Positions 1-9,809 of a stretch of DNA of 64,000 bases are shown one piece after another. The position numbers and the translations under genes were made by a program. The number at the start of each line of letters is the position of its first letter. Position 1 is the stretch's first letter. The notes beneath the pieces are model-generated. The model was not told where the DNA came from and searched no databases. It worked only from the letters and a program-made list of their open reading frames with translations. Source of the stretch: Spirochaetaceae bacterium (GTDB lineage Bacteria; Spirochaetota; Spirochaetia; DSM-2461); contig OZ245056.1 in assembly GCA_965224705.1 (NCBI GenBank), forward strand, positions 2,816,001 through 2,880,000. The letters run 5' to 3'.

Positions 1-2
1 TT

Positions 3-2474
3 GAGGAGGGCATACAGATCGTTAAGGATATCGATCCAACCAAACCGGTCGGTATCGTCAACGGCGACATTCAGTACCTGAACATCATCAAGGCCCTCAC
101 CCCCTCCCTCGACATACTCGGCGTGAACACCTATAGAGGAAAGGCCGCCCACGAATTGTTTTATGAAAGTGTCGATGGAACCCTCAATGTTCCCATTGTC
201 TTCACCGAATTCGGAGCCGATGCCTTCAACGTTGTGGAAGGGGAGGAAGATCAGTACAACCAGGCCCTGTACATAAAGAGCCAGTGGGAGGAAATCTACC
301 GTCAGTCCTATGGGAAAGGGGGAATCGGCAACTCTCTGGGGGGCTTTGTCTTCGAGTGGATGGATGAGTGGTGGAAGACCGGCATGACAAGTGAACTGGA
401 CATCCACAATGAAAGCGGATCCTGGAGCAATGGCGCCTATGCGTATGATTCTTCTCAGGAAGAAAACAACATGAACGAGGAATGGTTCGGCATCGTAGCC
501 CAGAGTCCCGTCAAGCGGGACGGCATCCATCAGCGGCGTCCACGGGCCGCCTATTACCTTCTGCAGGATCTCTGGAAACTGAATCAATTTGATTCCACGA
601 CGGAAGATGTCGATGCTCACTTCGCCCGGAGTATTCGCCCCTATGTGAACCGGGCGGAAATCGCGGCGCTCAAGAAGGAAACCCGCCAACAAAACTTCAT
701 CACTTCCCGGGGACAGGTGAAGATTGTCGGCACCGGGGATTTTAACAATAAAGGTATGAACGACCAGGGACTTGAGAGCATATCGACATCAAGCGGACAG
801 TGGGCGTATCTGGGATTGGATTTGAAGCTGTCTGAAGCACTGAAGGCAGGATTAACATTCCGTGTACAGGGCGGGGTTCCCAATACCGTCTTTGAGCAGG
901 AAGAATACAGCCGTTACGGCAGTTATTCTCTCTCGGCTGACTCCCTCACTGACCCAAATAACCCGACTAACGATCCCAAGTTACCAGATCAAGACTGGTC
1001 TCCAGTGAATCCGCTGCAAATCTATGATGGATATCTGAACTGGGAAACCCGGTACATGGACTTTGATTTCTACTACCACAACGGCCATGAGGATTGGGCG
1101 AATGAGGGAGACTACTTCCATCTCCTTCCCGAGTCATTTGATTTCTTTGGAATGGACAAGGAAGGTTCCAGGGCCCCCTTCGGTGCCGAATTCACAGGCA
1201 AGGAGTTCCTTGACGGCTTCAAGATTTACGGCGGCCCGGAGATCTACTGGGGCGCATCTCCCCAACTAATGGCCAAGTACTACTACAAGGGGGAACGTCT
1301 CTCATTCTCAATCATGCATAACGAGGTATTGCCCGACGAGGATTCCTCCACCGGCAAAACGAAACCTTCGTCAAGACGGACAAGTGCGTGGGTCGGCTTG
1401 AATTTCTCCCCCTGGGTGAATATCGGTCTGGGAGGTTTGTTCTCCGGGATGGATCAAATAGGCGAATCCTACAATCATGTTACAAAGGATTCCAGCGGTA
1501 AGTACTCGGATGTCGGCAGTCAGAAGATTACAGCTCTCGACACATTGGCCGGTAAAATTGATCTAAGCAGCAATATCTTCCTTTATACGAAAATATTCGC
1601 CCGATACACTCTTGCCGGCCGCGTGGCGGAAGCCGCGTCCTACATCACGCGGGACGGCACGCAAATGGCCGATGTGGGAACCGGCAACCGGCATGAATTT
1701 GAAGGAGGCTTCACCTTCCAGTACGGGGGATTTTCCCTGACACCCAAATTTCTGGCCCGAGTTCCCCTGTCTCATCCCCTTTCCTTTCATGAACTGGGCA
1801 CCATACCCCGAAATCCGCTCACCACGCCCTTCGCCGTGTACCGGAACCGGGAAGCCTATCAGGCGGAACTCATTTTAACCATCGATCCCACCGGCGATAC
1901 ATATTTTCACGACTGGAATAATAAGGAAAGGGAAAATGCCGTCCTGGCCGGGTACCTGTCGTTCCTGTATTCCTTCTACGAAGGCCCCACCGACAAGAAC
2001 ACCTACAAGGACAGGTATGGAACCACTTATGCCTTCGGCAGTGGGCTGCCGGAGGTGTATAACCTCTGGTCCGCCAAAGGGCGTATAGTGTGGAATGCGG
2101 CTCCGCGGGCCAGGCTCATTGCGGAATTCCGCTTGGGGACCGGTCAAAGCCATGGAGAAGATGACCGTCTGGTAACCTATGGGGGAGGAACACTTTCCGC
2201 CAGGCTCAATCACTGGCTCATCTCTTCATCCATTGATTTCAACAGTTGGGGCCATGAAGACTGGTATCGTCAATTCAATATTACCTATCCGCTGCAGTGG
2301 ACACTTGATATATCAAGGGGATTTGAGCTTCCCTCCTTCCTGGACACAAAGAACCGCATCGGCATACGCTGGAAGGGACGCACCTACGATGAGTACGCCC
2401 CGGACAATGAAACCAATAACGGTCTCAATTCATGGAGGATGGAAGTTCTCATGTATCTTTCCGTCAGTTGGTAG
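3..2474 (+). CDS. 5'-truncated clan GH-A glycoside hydrolase (GH158/GH2-TIM-barrel-like, probable beta-1,3-glucanase) fused to a C-terminal putative outer-membrane beta-barrel
   Basis: The frame is open from nt 3 (EEGIQIVKDIDPTKPVGIVNGD...ILGVNTYRG), so the true start lies upstream of the window. It has a nucleophile-like motif VFTEFGAD and GGFVFEWMDEWWK. The ~600 C-terminal residues are rich in alternating beta-strands and end in aromatic ...VLMYLSVSW. Confidence 0.75.
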   Translation, partial: EEGIQIVKDIDPTKPVGIVNGDIQYLNIIKALTPSLDILGVNTYRGKAAHELFYESVDGTLNVPIVFTEFGADAFNVVEGEEDQYNQALYIKSQWEEIYRQSYGKGGIGNSLGGFVFEWMDEWWKTGMTSELDIHNESGSWSNGAYAYDSSQEENNMNEEWFGIVAQSPVKRDGIHQRRPRAAYYLLQDLWKLNQFDSTTEDVDAHFARSIRPYVNRAEIAALKKETRQQNFITSRGQVKIVGTGDFNNKGMNDQGLESISTSSGQWAYLGLDLKLSEALKAGLTFRVQGGVPNTVFEQEEYSRYGSYSLSADSLTDPNNPTNDPKLPDQDWSPVNPLQIYDGYLNWETRYMDFDFYYHNGHEDWANEGDYFHLLPESFDFFGMDKEGSRAPFGAEFTGKEFLDGFKIYGGPEIYWGASPQLMAKYYYKGERLSFSIMHNEVLPDEDSSTGKTKPSSRRTSAWVGLNFSPWVNIGLGGLFSGMDQIGESYNHVTKDSSGKYSDVGSQKITALDTLAGKIDLSSNIFLYTKIFARYTLAGRVAEAASYITRDGTQMADVGTGNRHEFEGGFTFQYGGFSLTPKFLARVPLSHPLSFHELGTIPRNPLTTPFAVYRNREAYQAELILTIDPTGDTYFHDWNNKERENAVLAGYLSFLYSFYEGPTDKNTYKDRYGTTYAFGSGLPEVYNLWSAKGRIVWNAAPRARLIAEFRLGTGQSHGEDDRLVTYGGGTLSARLNHWLISSSIDFNSWGHEDWYRQFNITYPLQWTLDISRGFELPSFLDTKNRIGIRWKGRTYDEYAPDNETNNGLNSWRMEVLMYLSVSW

Positions 2475-2512
2475 TTTTAACAAGAATCAAAACATCTTGA
2501 GGAGGATGTATA

Positions 2513-5500
2513 ATGAAAAAGTCAGTTTTAGGTATAGTGGCCATCGTTGTCATGATGGCTGTCGTGATGGCGGGTTGTCCAAATCCAACGACCGATGACG
2601 ACCCCGTCTTTAGCGGTGTTCTCTATGAAGATGGATTTTCGCCTAAACTCGCCGACCCGAAGTATTGGAATGTCGATGAAACAGCGACGACTGATGAAGA
2701 GGGAGCAAGGGGCTTTGTTACCGGTGCGGAAAAAACGATAGTTAAAAACGGAACGGAATCCTTTAAGGTGGACTGGTCGGCAGCAACAGATTGGATGGGT
2801 CTTGCCCTCAATGTGGGAAGCGGGCCAACAATTAGCGGTACGGTAAACCTTAGCGGTTTTACTGCCCTGACATTCTGGGCTAAGGCGGATGGTACTGATG
2901 CCGAAATAAATGGATTTGGATTTGGTGCCGATGATAGTAAGTTGTTTACGAACGGCGAAAAATACAAAACCAGTATTGAAAATGTAACAGTTCCCGCCGC
3001 GGATTGGAAAAAATTTATTATTCCCCTGCCCAATCCCGCTAAGCTAGACATGATAAACTCGCTATTCTATGCCGTGGATGGAGCAAGTGGGGGAACCATC
3101 TACCTCGACGATATTAAGTTCGAGAAATTGAGCAATGTGGCCGTTAAAACCTTTGGCTACAGCGGGACTGCTCTGAATGTGGAAGCTGCTGGTACCGCTA
3201 ATATTGGTGATTTATCAGCCGTATTCACGGATGGAACGGATGACATAAGCCTTACATTTGAGAATCTCGCCGCCCATGTCTCATGGGAATCAGACAAGTC
3301 TGCAGTAGCCACCGTGAATGATGAGGGCCAAATAACCGGAGTCGCGACGGGCACGGCGACGATAACCGGCACACTGGGTGGTGAAACGGTGACCATCTCC
3401 GTGACCGTCGCCCAGGCCGTACCCTTCACGGGCGTTTTATTCGATGATGCCCCTCAGGGCGGGTTTGCACTCAACAAAGATGCAGGCGGTGGTGCTGATA
3501 AAGTCACCATCGATCCTGCGGCCAGCGTGGATTCGCAAACCGCAATAAAGGTAACCCTGGCCAGTGATGCCGGCGATTGGGGAGGCTTCTTCTTTGAACG
3601 ATCCAGCGGGGTTGATATCTCCGGCAAGACATTAGAGTTTTCTGTTTTGAAAGCCAGCCTGGACACGGCACCCATTACTAAATTCGGGGTTAAACTTCAG
3701 GATACACTGGGTGTCCACCCTGCACAAACACATCATTCTGAAATTGATCTCTTCACATCAAGTTTCACAAAAACGGATAACGGCAACTGGTATGACTTTT
3801 CAATTCCGGTAGCGGCCTTTAATAGCAATGATTTTGATGCGACGGATTTCAATATACTTGGCTTCTGGAATCCCAAGAAAGATGACAGCGGTAGCGAAGT
3901 ACTAGCAACTGGCGAGTTTGTATTCGATGACATCAAGTTTGTCGAGACAACGGCCACCACCTACACCGTAACCTACAACGCCAACGGCGCGGACGGCGGT
4001 ACACTGTCAAAAGTTACCGATACCGTAAACGATGGCCACACAGTCTTAGCTGCGCCCACGGGCATAACCAGAACCGACCACACTTTTAGCGGCTGGAACA
4101 CCGCTTCCGATGGAAGTGGTACAGACTTTGACTTTGGCACTACTCCGGTAATCGGCGATATAACATTGTATGCCCAATGGACGGCGGTTACCCCGTTTGA
4201 CAGAACAATATTTGACGATGCCCTGCAGGGCGGGTTTACGGCCAGCATAAATGCCAGTACCGGCGAAGTAGCGGCAGTCACTGATGAATCGACAGTCATA
4301 TCTGGCACGAGCGGCAAGTCGGTTAAATTCGAGCTTAATAGTGCCAGTACCTGGGGCGGAGGATATCTTCAGAATGTTGCAGGCGTTGACGCATCCAGCT
4401 ATACATCCCTGTCCTTTGATATCAACCTGAGCCAGTTGGATTCCACGGTGGATTTCCTGCAATTCAAGCTGGAAGATACAGCTGGAGGTGCAACTGCCGA
4501 TGCATTGAATCTCTACGATTTGGCAGAGACTGCGACCACTGGCGACTGGAAAAGCTACACAGTTTATCTTGCCAATTACAACATCATTGACTTCAGCAAA
4601 TTCAAAGCCATTGGTTTCTGGCATCCCAAAGCAGGTGCTACATACACTCCGGGTACATTCTATGTTGACAACGTAGAATTCGGAACGGCAACGGCCACCC
4701 CCCACACGGTAACCTACAATGCCAATCCCGGAAGCGAAACTCTTGTCGGAAACCTTTCAAAAACAAGCGAACAGGTTAACAGTGGTTCTACAATTGCTTC
4801 CGCCCCTGACGGTTTTAGCATTACCGGCTACACCCTCAAAGGCTGGAACACCGCATCCGATGGAAGTGGTACAGACTTTGTCTTTGGCACTACTCCGGTA
4901 AACGGCGATATAACATTGTATGCCCAATGGGAGATGGTCGTGGCTTTTACCGGTATACTGTTTGACGATGCCCTGCAGAATGGGTTTGCGGTTGATGTCA
5001 ACTCTGATGGCGATGCCGCGATTGATGCCACAGAGGCAACTACAGTTGTCGGCACAAGTGGCGCATCCATAAAAATTTCCCAGTCATCAGGAAATTGGGG
5101 CGGTGGATTTGTGCAGAATACAAATGGCGTTGACGCGAGCAGTTATGCCAAAATACAGTTTTCCATCAATGTCGCCAGTCTTGATAGCGGTGTGGATTAT
5201 TTGGAAGTCAAGCTGGAGGATGTTCCCGCTGCTGCATATTCAGTGAACCTCTATGATTTGACAGCGGATGATACCGATGGAGACTGGAACACATATTCCA
5301 TTGCGCTTTCCGCAGCTGCTGGCATGGACCTTACCCAGTTCAAATCCATCGGCTTCTGGCATCCCAGAGCAGGTGGAGTCAACGGAACCTTTACACCGGG
5401 AACTTTCTACGTTGATGACATTAAATTCAACAATGAGGCTGTAGCACAGCATACCGTAACCTACCATGCCAATCCCGGAACCAAAACTCTTGTCGGAAGC

Positions 5501-7036
5501 CTTTCAAAAACAAGCGATACGGTTAACAGTGGTTCTACAATTGCTTCCGCTCCTGGCGGTATTAGCATTGCCGACCACGTCCTCAGAGACTGGAACAACC
5601 AGCCCGATGGATCCGGACACTCCTTTGTATTCGGTTTGAATTCGATAACCGACGATATGGATTTGTATGCCCAATGGGTGGTCGATAAGTTGGACGAACG
5701 ATATTACTTCCTGGGCGATGCCACGGGTGTTGGCACACCCGAAATGGAAGGGAGCGGCATGACACACTTCGGGGGCTACGATAACACAATCACCTTCACC
5801 ACGGAAGCGAGCGGCGGTGCCGATAGCACCAGCGGGTACTTCAAGCTGGTAGGAACGGGAACGCAAGGCTGGGCGGCAGGCGGCTGGGGCGATGGCCCGT
5901 ATATCGACTTCACCGGGTATGACACCCTTGTGTTCTGGGCCAAAGTACCCGACACACCTACAGTCGGGAAAATTGCTGCGACACAGGTGAAATTCGTCCT
6001 GACCAGTCGGCACAGAACATCTGGAGGAGATGTTGGGGGACCAATTATAACGAGGCCTGAGGGCAGTAATTTCACGACAACCTGGACAAAATACGAAATC
6101 CCACTGACAGAAATTACAAGTGATACGAATTTTATGCAGGAAGCTATCAAGGAGTTCAAGTACGATTTTCTCGGCAACAATCACGAACTTCACCTGGATG
6201 AGGTGTATCTCAGAAGAGCCAGCGGAAACGCACCCGCATTAGCTGTGACGGTACCGGAAGATTCCAGCAAGGCTATTGATGAGAATCCTGCCGTGGATAC
6301 CGTATTGGAAAACATAGCAAAACTGACTACTGTGACCGCGGGAGCAACACTGAGTTATAGCATAACAGATCAGAGTGCGGCTGGAGCCATGAGCATTGAT
6401 CCAGATACTGGTGTGCTCAAAGTCGCCGATGCCACGCCGTTCGTCTATGTCACCAACCAGCAACTCACCGCCACGGTCGAGGTAAGCGCGGACGACGGTG
6501 GCACGCCGGTAACTGACAGCATTACCGTTACAATAAACATCAAGAACCCGGCGGTGGCACCGACTGATGCTCCTACAGCCCCCACTACCGCTGCCGCAGA
6601 TGTTATCAACCTGTTCAGTGATACTTATGCCGGTACAGCGGCAACACAAATTAACGTTACCGAATGGAATCCTGGTTGGAACCAGGCCACTGTGTACAGT
6701 GAAGTAACCATTGCCGGTAATACGGTCAAGAAGTATTCCAATTTGAACTATCAGGGCATTGAATTTACCAACGAGGATGTGTCCACCAAAACAAAGGTAC
6801 ACTTCGATCTATGGACGGCGGATGAGACGAGCTTTACTTTCTTTTTGATAACACCTGGTCCACATGAGCATGGAGTTGCGAAAACACCAACACTCAACAG
6901 TTGGAACTCCTACGATATTGATTTGAGTGACTATACAACCGGCAATGCCAGTTTGAATCTGGCGGATATCTTCCAGATAAAAATTGTCGGCAGCGGTGGA
7001 AAAACCGTCTTCCTCGACAACATTTATTTCTATTAG
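2513..7036 (+). CDS. Large multimodular surface lipoprotein, putative beta-glucan-binding protein (5 CBM-like jelly-roll domains, Big_2, 3 InlB B-repeats, cadherin-like domain, C-terminal CBM-like domain)
   Basis: RBS GAGGAGG; lipobox VMAGC; repeated domains ending (I/F)Y(L/V)DDIKF; InlB repeats TVTYNAN...GWNT..DGSG...LYAQW; Big_2 WESDKSAVATVNDEGQITGV; C-terminal APT.PT..AADVINLFSDTY domain. Confidence 0.8.
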   Translation: MKKSVLGIVAIVVMMAVVMAGCPNPTTDDDPVFSGVLYEDGFSPKLADPKYWNVDETATTDEEGARGFVTGAEKTIVKNGTESFKVDWSAATDWMGLALNVGSGPTISGTVNLSGFTALTFWAKADGTDAEINGFGFGADDSKLFTNGEKYKTSIENVTVPAADWKKFIIPLPNPAKLDMINSLFYAVDGASGGTIYLDDIKFEKLSNVAVKTFGYSGTALNVEAAGTANIGDLSAVFTDGTDDISLTFENLAAHVSWESDKSAVATVNDEGQITGVATGTATITGTLGGETVTISVTVAQAVPFTGVLFDDAPQGGFALNKDAGGGADKVTIDPAASVDSQTAIKVTLASDAGDWGGFFFERSSGVDISGKTLEFSVLKASLDTAPITKFGVKLQDTLGVHPAQTHHSEIDLFTSSFTKTDNGNWYDFSIPVAAFNSNDFDATDFNILGFWNPKKDDSGSEVLATGEFVFDDIKFVETTATTYTVTYNANGADGGTLSKVTDTVNDGHTVLAAPTGITRTDHTFSGWNTASDGSGTDFDFGTTPVIGDITLYAQWTAVTPFDRTIFDDALQGGFTASINASTGEVAAVTDESTVISGTSGKSVKFELNSASTWGGGYLQNVAGVDASSYTSLSFDINLSQLDSTVDFLQFKLEDTAGGATADALNLYDLAETATTGDWKSYTVYLANYNIIDFSKFKAIGFWHPKAGATYTPGTFYVDNVEFGTATATPHTVTYNANPGSETLVGNLSKTSEQVNSGSTIASAPDGFSITGYTLKGWNTASDGSGTDFVFGTTPVNGDITLYAQWEMVVAFTGILFDDALQNGFAVDVNSDGDAAIDATEATTVVGTSGASIKISQSSGNWGGGFVQNTNGVDASSYAKIQFSINVASLDSGVDYLEVKLEDVPAAAYSVNLYDLTADDTDGDWNTYSIALSAAAGMDLTQFKSIGFWHPRAGGVNGTFTPGTFYVDDIKFNNEAVAQHTVTYHANPGTKTLVGSLSKTSDTVNSGSTIASAPGGISIADHVLRDWNNQPDGSGHSFVFGLNSITDDMDLYAQWVVDKLDERYYFLGDATGVGTPEMEGSGMTHFGGYDNTITFTTEASGGADSTSGYFKLVGTGTQGWAAGGWGDGPYIDFTGYDTLVFWAKVPDTPTVGKIAATQVKFVLTSRHRTSGGDVGGPIITRPEGSNFTTTWTKYEIPLTEITSDTNFMQEAIKEFKYDFLGNNHELHLDEVYLRRASGNAPALAVTVPEDSSKAIDENPAVDTVLENIAKLTTVTAGATLSYSITDQSAAGAMSIDPDTGVLKVADATPFVYVTNQQLTATVEVSADDGGTPVTDSITVTINIKNPAVAPTDAPTAPTTAAADVINLFSDTYAGTAATQINVTEWNPGWNQATVYSEVTIAGNTVKKYSNLNYQGIEFTNEDVSTKTKVHFDLWTADETSFTFFLITPGPHEHGVAKTPTLNSWNSYDIDLSDYTTGNASLNLADIFQIKIVGSGGKTVFLDNIYFY

Positions 7037-7050
7037 AAATAATTCCCCAT

Positions 7051-7203
7051 TAAGCCGCTTCACGGCGCCGATTGGCGCCCGGCGGCTTTGGGGAGCCCTG
7101 GGAGCATTGCTTCCAGGACTCCCCGCTATGGGTTGCGAACCGGAGCTTTGCTTCTGGCCTTTGGGCTGTTTTTTGAACCACGAACCACACGAAAAGCACG
7201 AAC
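7051..7203. repeat. GC-rich multi-hairpin REP-like element plus a single AACCACGAA-type tandem arm
   Basis: Hairpins aagccgc/gcggctt, ggcgcc-gatt-ggcgcc, gggagccctgggagc/gcttccaggactccc and ccggagc/gcttctgg, followed by gaaccacgaaccacacgaaaagcacgaac. Confidence 0.45.
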
Positions 7204-7225
7204 GGGGGAGTCAAAGGAGTGGAAA

Positions 7226-7435
7226 ATGACCGAACAGGAACTTTTGCAAAGACACGAAGAGTATTCAAAACAGTTGCTGGCCAGTATGAAGGAGCAGGGA
7301 ATCCACGAAAAGAAATTCTATGCGCTTCACGAAAACACATTCCCTCCTCCCGCCGAGGACATTCTTCAGCCGGGGCCGGAAAACCGGGCGGCGCTGGAGG
7401 AATTCAACAAGGGCTGCGATATTTTTTTTATCTGA
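7226..7435 (+). CDS. Small hypothetical protein (69 aa)
   Basis: AAGGAG RBS before ATG 7226 (MTEQELLQRHEE...); the longer start at 7088 lies inside the hairpin repeat. Confidence 0.5.
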   Translation: MTEQELLQRHEEYSKQLLASMKEQGIHEKKFYALHENTFPPPAEDILQPGPENRAALEEFNKGCDIFFI

Positions 7436-7548
7436 GGAAATAAGCCTGCTGCGGCAGGGGCACAGTTAGCACCTTGAAGGTGTTTCATTACTTCTCTGGG
7501 GGGCTTTTGGGCATGGTAAATCGTTGAAAGACGGGTAAGGAATTTCTT

Positions 7549-7914
7549 ATGGGAAGGATCATAAGCACAGTCAATGTACAAAACTTGAATCCCACAAAGA
7601 ATTCAAAAAAAATTGACATTCTTGTCGATACCGGGGCGGGTTATCTTACACTCCCCCTGGCGTGGAAAGACGATTTTGGCTCTTTTGACACCGAAGAAAC
7701 GGTCGATCTGCAAATCGCCGCTCAGGAAACTGTTCAAGGAACAATCTGCGGGCCGGTCAGGATACAAGTGGAAGGATTCAGGGCCGTGTACAACGAAGTG
7801 CTTTTTGGCGAATACGAGCCTCTGCTCGGCTATCTGGTGTTGGAGCAAAGCGGAATAGCCGTTGACAGGATTGACCACAGGCTGGTGCCGGTGAAATACC
7901 TGGACCTGAAGTGA
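7549..7914 (+). CDS. Clan AA (retropepsin-like) aspartic protease, AF_0612-like
   Basis: LVDTGA catalytic motif, PLLG motif near the C-terminus, 121 aa. Confidence 0.75.
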   Translation: MGRIISTVNVQNLNPTKNSKKIDILVDTGAGYLTLPLAWKDDFGSFDTEETVDLQIAAQETVQGTICGPVRIQVEGFRAVYNEVLFGEYEPLLGYLVLEQSGIAVDRIDHRLVPVKYLDLK

Positions 7915-7931
7915 TTGAAGGATGATTAAAT

Positions 7932-8849
7932 ATGAATAATAACAACACCGTGAGATTCAGGCTTTCCAGACAGAAGATACTGCTGGCCATGGCTATTCCC
8001 GGCGTTCTCTGGATGCTTATCTTCAACTACATACCTATGTATGGGGTGATTATTGCGTTCAAGGAGTACCGGATAATCAACACAATCGGAGATGCTCCCT
8101 GGGTTGGGCTTATGCATTTCCGGGAACTGTTCCATGACAGCGATTTTTTGCTGGCTATGAAAAACACTCTGGGAATGAGTCTGTTGAAGCTGCTTGTGGC
8201 ATTCCCCATGCCCATTGTGTTTGCCCTGCTGTTAAACGAGATTCGTTCAAATGGTTTCAAGCGCAGCGTGCAGACTATTTCCTACCTGCCGCACTTCCTG
8301 TCCTGGGTGGTTTTGGGGGGAATTTTAATTCCCTGGCTCTCGGAGACAGGCTTTGTGAATGAACTCTTAAGCAAGCTGAATCCAAACCATGAAGCGGTTC
8401 CCTTTCTGGGCAGACCGCAGGGTTTCTGGACGCTGGCCATCGTTTCGGACATCTGGAAGGAAATGGGCTGGGGTGCCATTATCTATCTGGCTGCTATTTC
8501 CGGTATTCCAAACGAACTCTACGAAGCCGCTGTTGTCGATGGAGCAGGCCGATTCCAGAAGATGTGGCACATTACCCTGCCGTCCATCGCGGGAACGGTT
8601 ACCATCCTTCTTATTCTGGCCATCAGCGGCATTTTGAACACGAACTTTGAACAGATGCTGGTCTTGAGCAATCCCTTGAACAACGATGCCAGTAATGTTA
8701 TTGACCTCTATGTCTACCGAACCGGTATACGGGGTCTGCGGTTCTCGTATTCCACGGCGGTGGGTCTGTTCAAGGCGATTATTGCCCTGATCCTTCTGCT
8801 GGGAGCGAATGGGATTTCCAAAAAGGTGCAGGGACGGGGGGTGTTTTAA
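7932..8849 (+). CDS. Carbohydrate ABC transporter permease (LplB-like)
   Basis: YIPMYGVIIAFKEY, SYLPHFLSWVV, EAA loop ELYEAAVVDGA. Confidence 0.9.
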   Translation: MNNNNTVRFRLSRQKILLAMAIPGVLWMLIFNYIPMYGVIIAFKEYRIINTIGDAPWVGLMHFRELFHDSDFLLAMKNTLGMSLLKLLVAFPMPIVFALLLNEIRSNGFKRSVQTISYLPHFLSWVVLGGILIPWLSETGFVNELLSKLNPNHEAVPFLGRPQGFWTLAIVSDIWKEMGWGAIIYLAAISGIPNELYEAAVVDGAGRFQKMWHITLPSIAGTVTILLILAISGILNTNFEQMLVLSNPLNNDASNVIDLYVYRTGIRGLRFSYSTAVGLFKAIIALILLLGANGISKKVQGRGVF

Positions 8850-8852
8850 GTC

Positions 8853-9764
8853 GTGAAAGGAAAAAACATGAACCGCCATTTGTTAAATAGATCATCTTCC
8901 CGCAGGGATTTTTTTCCGGCTATCAACGTCACCATTATGCTTGCCATCTGCTTCATAACTCTCTACCCAATCTGGTATTCGATAGTCATTTCGTTCAATG
9001 ACGGCACCGATGCCCTTATGGGCGGCATATACTGGTGGCCCAGAATTTTCAGTCTGGAAAGCTACAGGGCCATGTTTTCCAACAAGGGCATAATTCAGGC
9101 ATTTCTGATTGCCATTTTCCGCACGGTTGTTGGTACGGGCACCCATATTCTCTTCACGGCCATGGTGGCCTATGCTTTTATGCAGAAACGCCTGATTGGA
9201 CGAAAGATTTTTATGACACTGGGTGTCATTACCATGTTTTTCAATGGGGGACTGATTCCCACGTTTTTGCTGGTTAAGAATTTGGGGCTTATTGACAACC
9301 TTCTGGTCTACATTCTGCCCAGCATGTTCAACTTTTTTCATCTCATAATCTTCCAGGCTTTTTTCCGGGAAATACCCAACAGCCTTGAGGAATCGGCTAA
9401 GATAGACGGGATGAATGACTTCGGCATATTCATCAGGATTATCCTGCCGCTCTCCATGCCGGTTGTGGCCACCATTGCCCTGTTTCAGGGAGTCTGGCAT
9501 TGGAACGACTTTTTTACCGGAGTTATCTACATCAACGATGCGGACCTTCAGCCGGTGGCCACATATCTGTACCGGGTTATAGCCCAGAACCAGTCCAGTC
9601 AGATGATGGTCAACATGCCTGCCGCTGTATCGCGCAGCGCGGTTACTTCGCAGTCCATTAAGATGGCCACAATGGTTGCCGCCACTTTCCCCATCGTTGT
9701 GGTGTATCCCTTCCTGCAGAAGTATTTTGTAAAAGGGATAATGATTGGAGCCGTGAAGGGGTAA
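8853..9764 (+). CDS. Carbohydrate ABC transporter permease (LplC-like)
   Basis: ITMFFNGGLIP, SLEESAKIDG, YPFLQKYFVKGIMIGAVKG. Confidence 0.9.
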   Translation: MKGKNMNRHLLNRSSSRRDFFPAINVTIMLAICFITLYPIWYSIVISFNDGTDALMGGIYWWPRIFSLESYRAMFSNKGIIQAFLIAIFRTVVGTGTHILFTAMVAYAFMQKRLIGRKIFMTLGVITMFFNGGLIPTFLLVKNLGLIDNLLVYILPSMFNFFHLIIFQAFFREIPNSLEESAKIDGMNDFGIFIRIILPLSMPVVATIALFQGVWHWNDFFTGVIYINDADLQPVATYLYRVIAQNQSSQMMVNMPAAVSRSAVTSQSIKMATMVAATFPIVVVYPFLQKYFVKGIMIGAVKG

Positions 9765-9809
9765 TTTGTGAAAGTATACGGATTGATATTGAAACAAAAG
9801 GAGTAAGCA

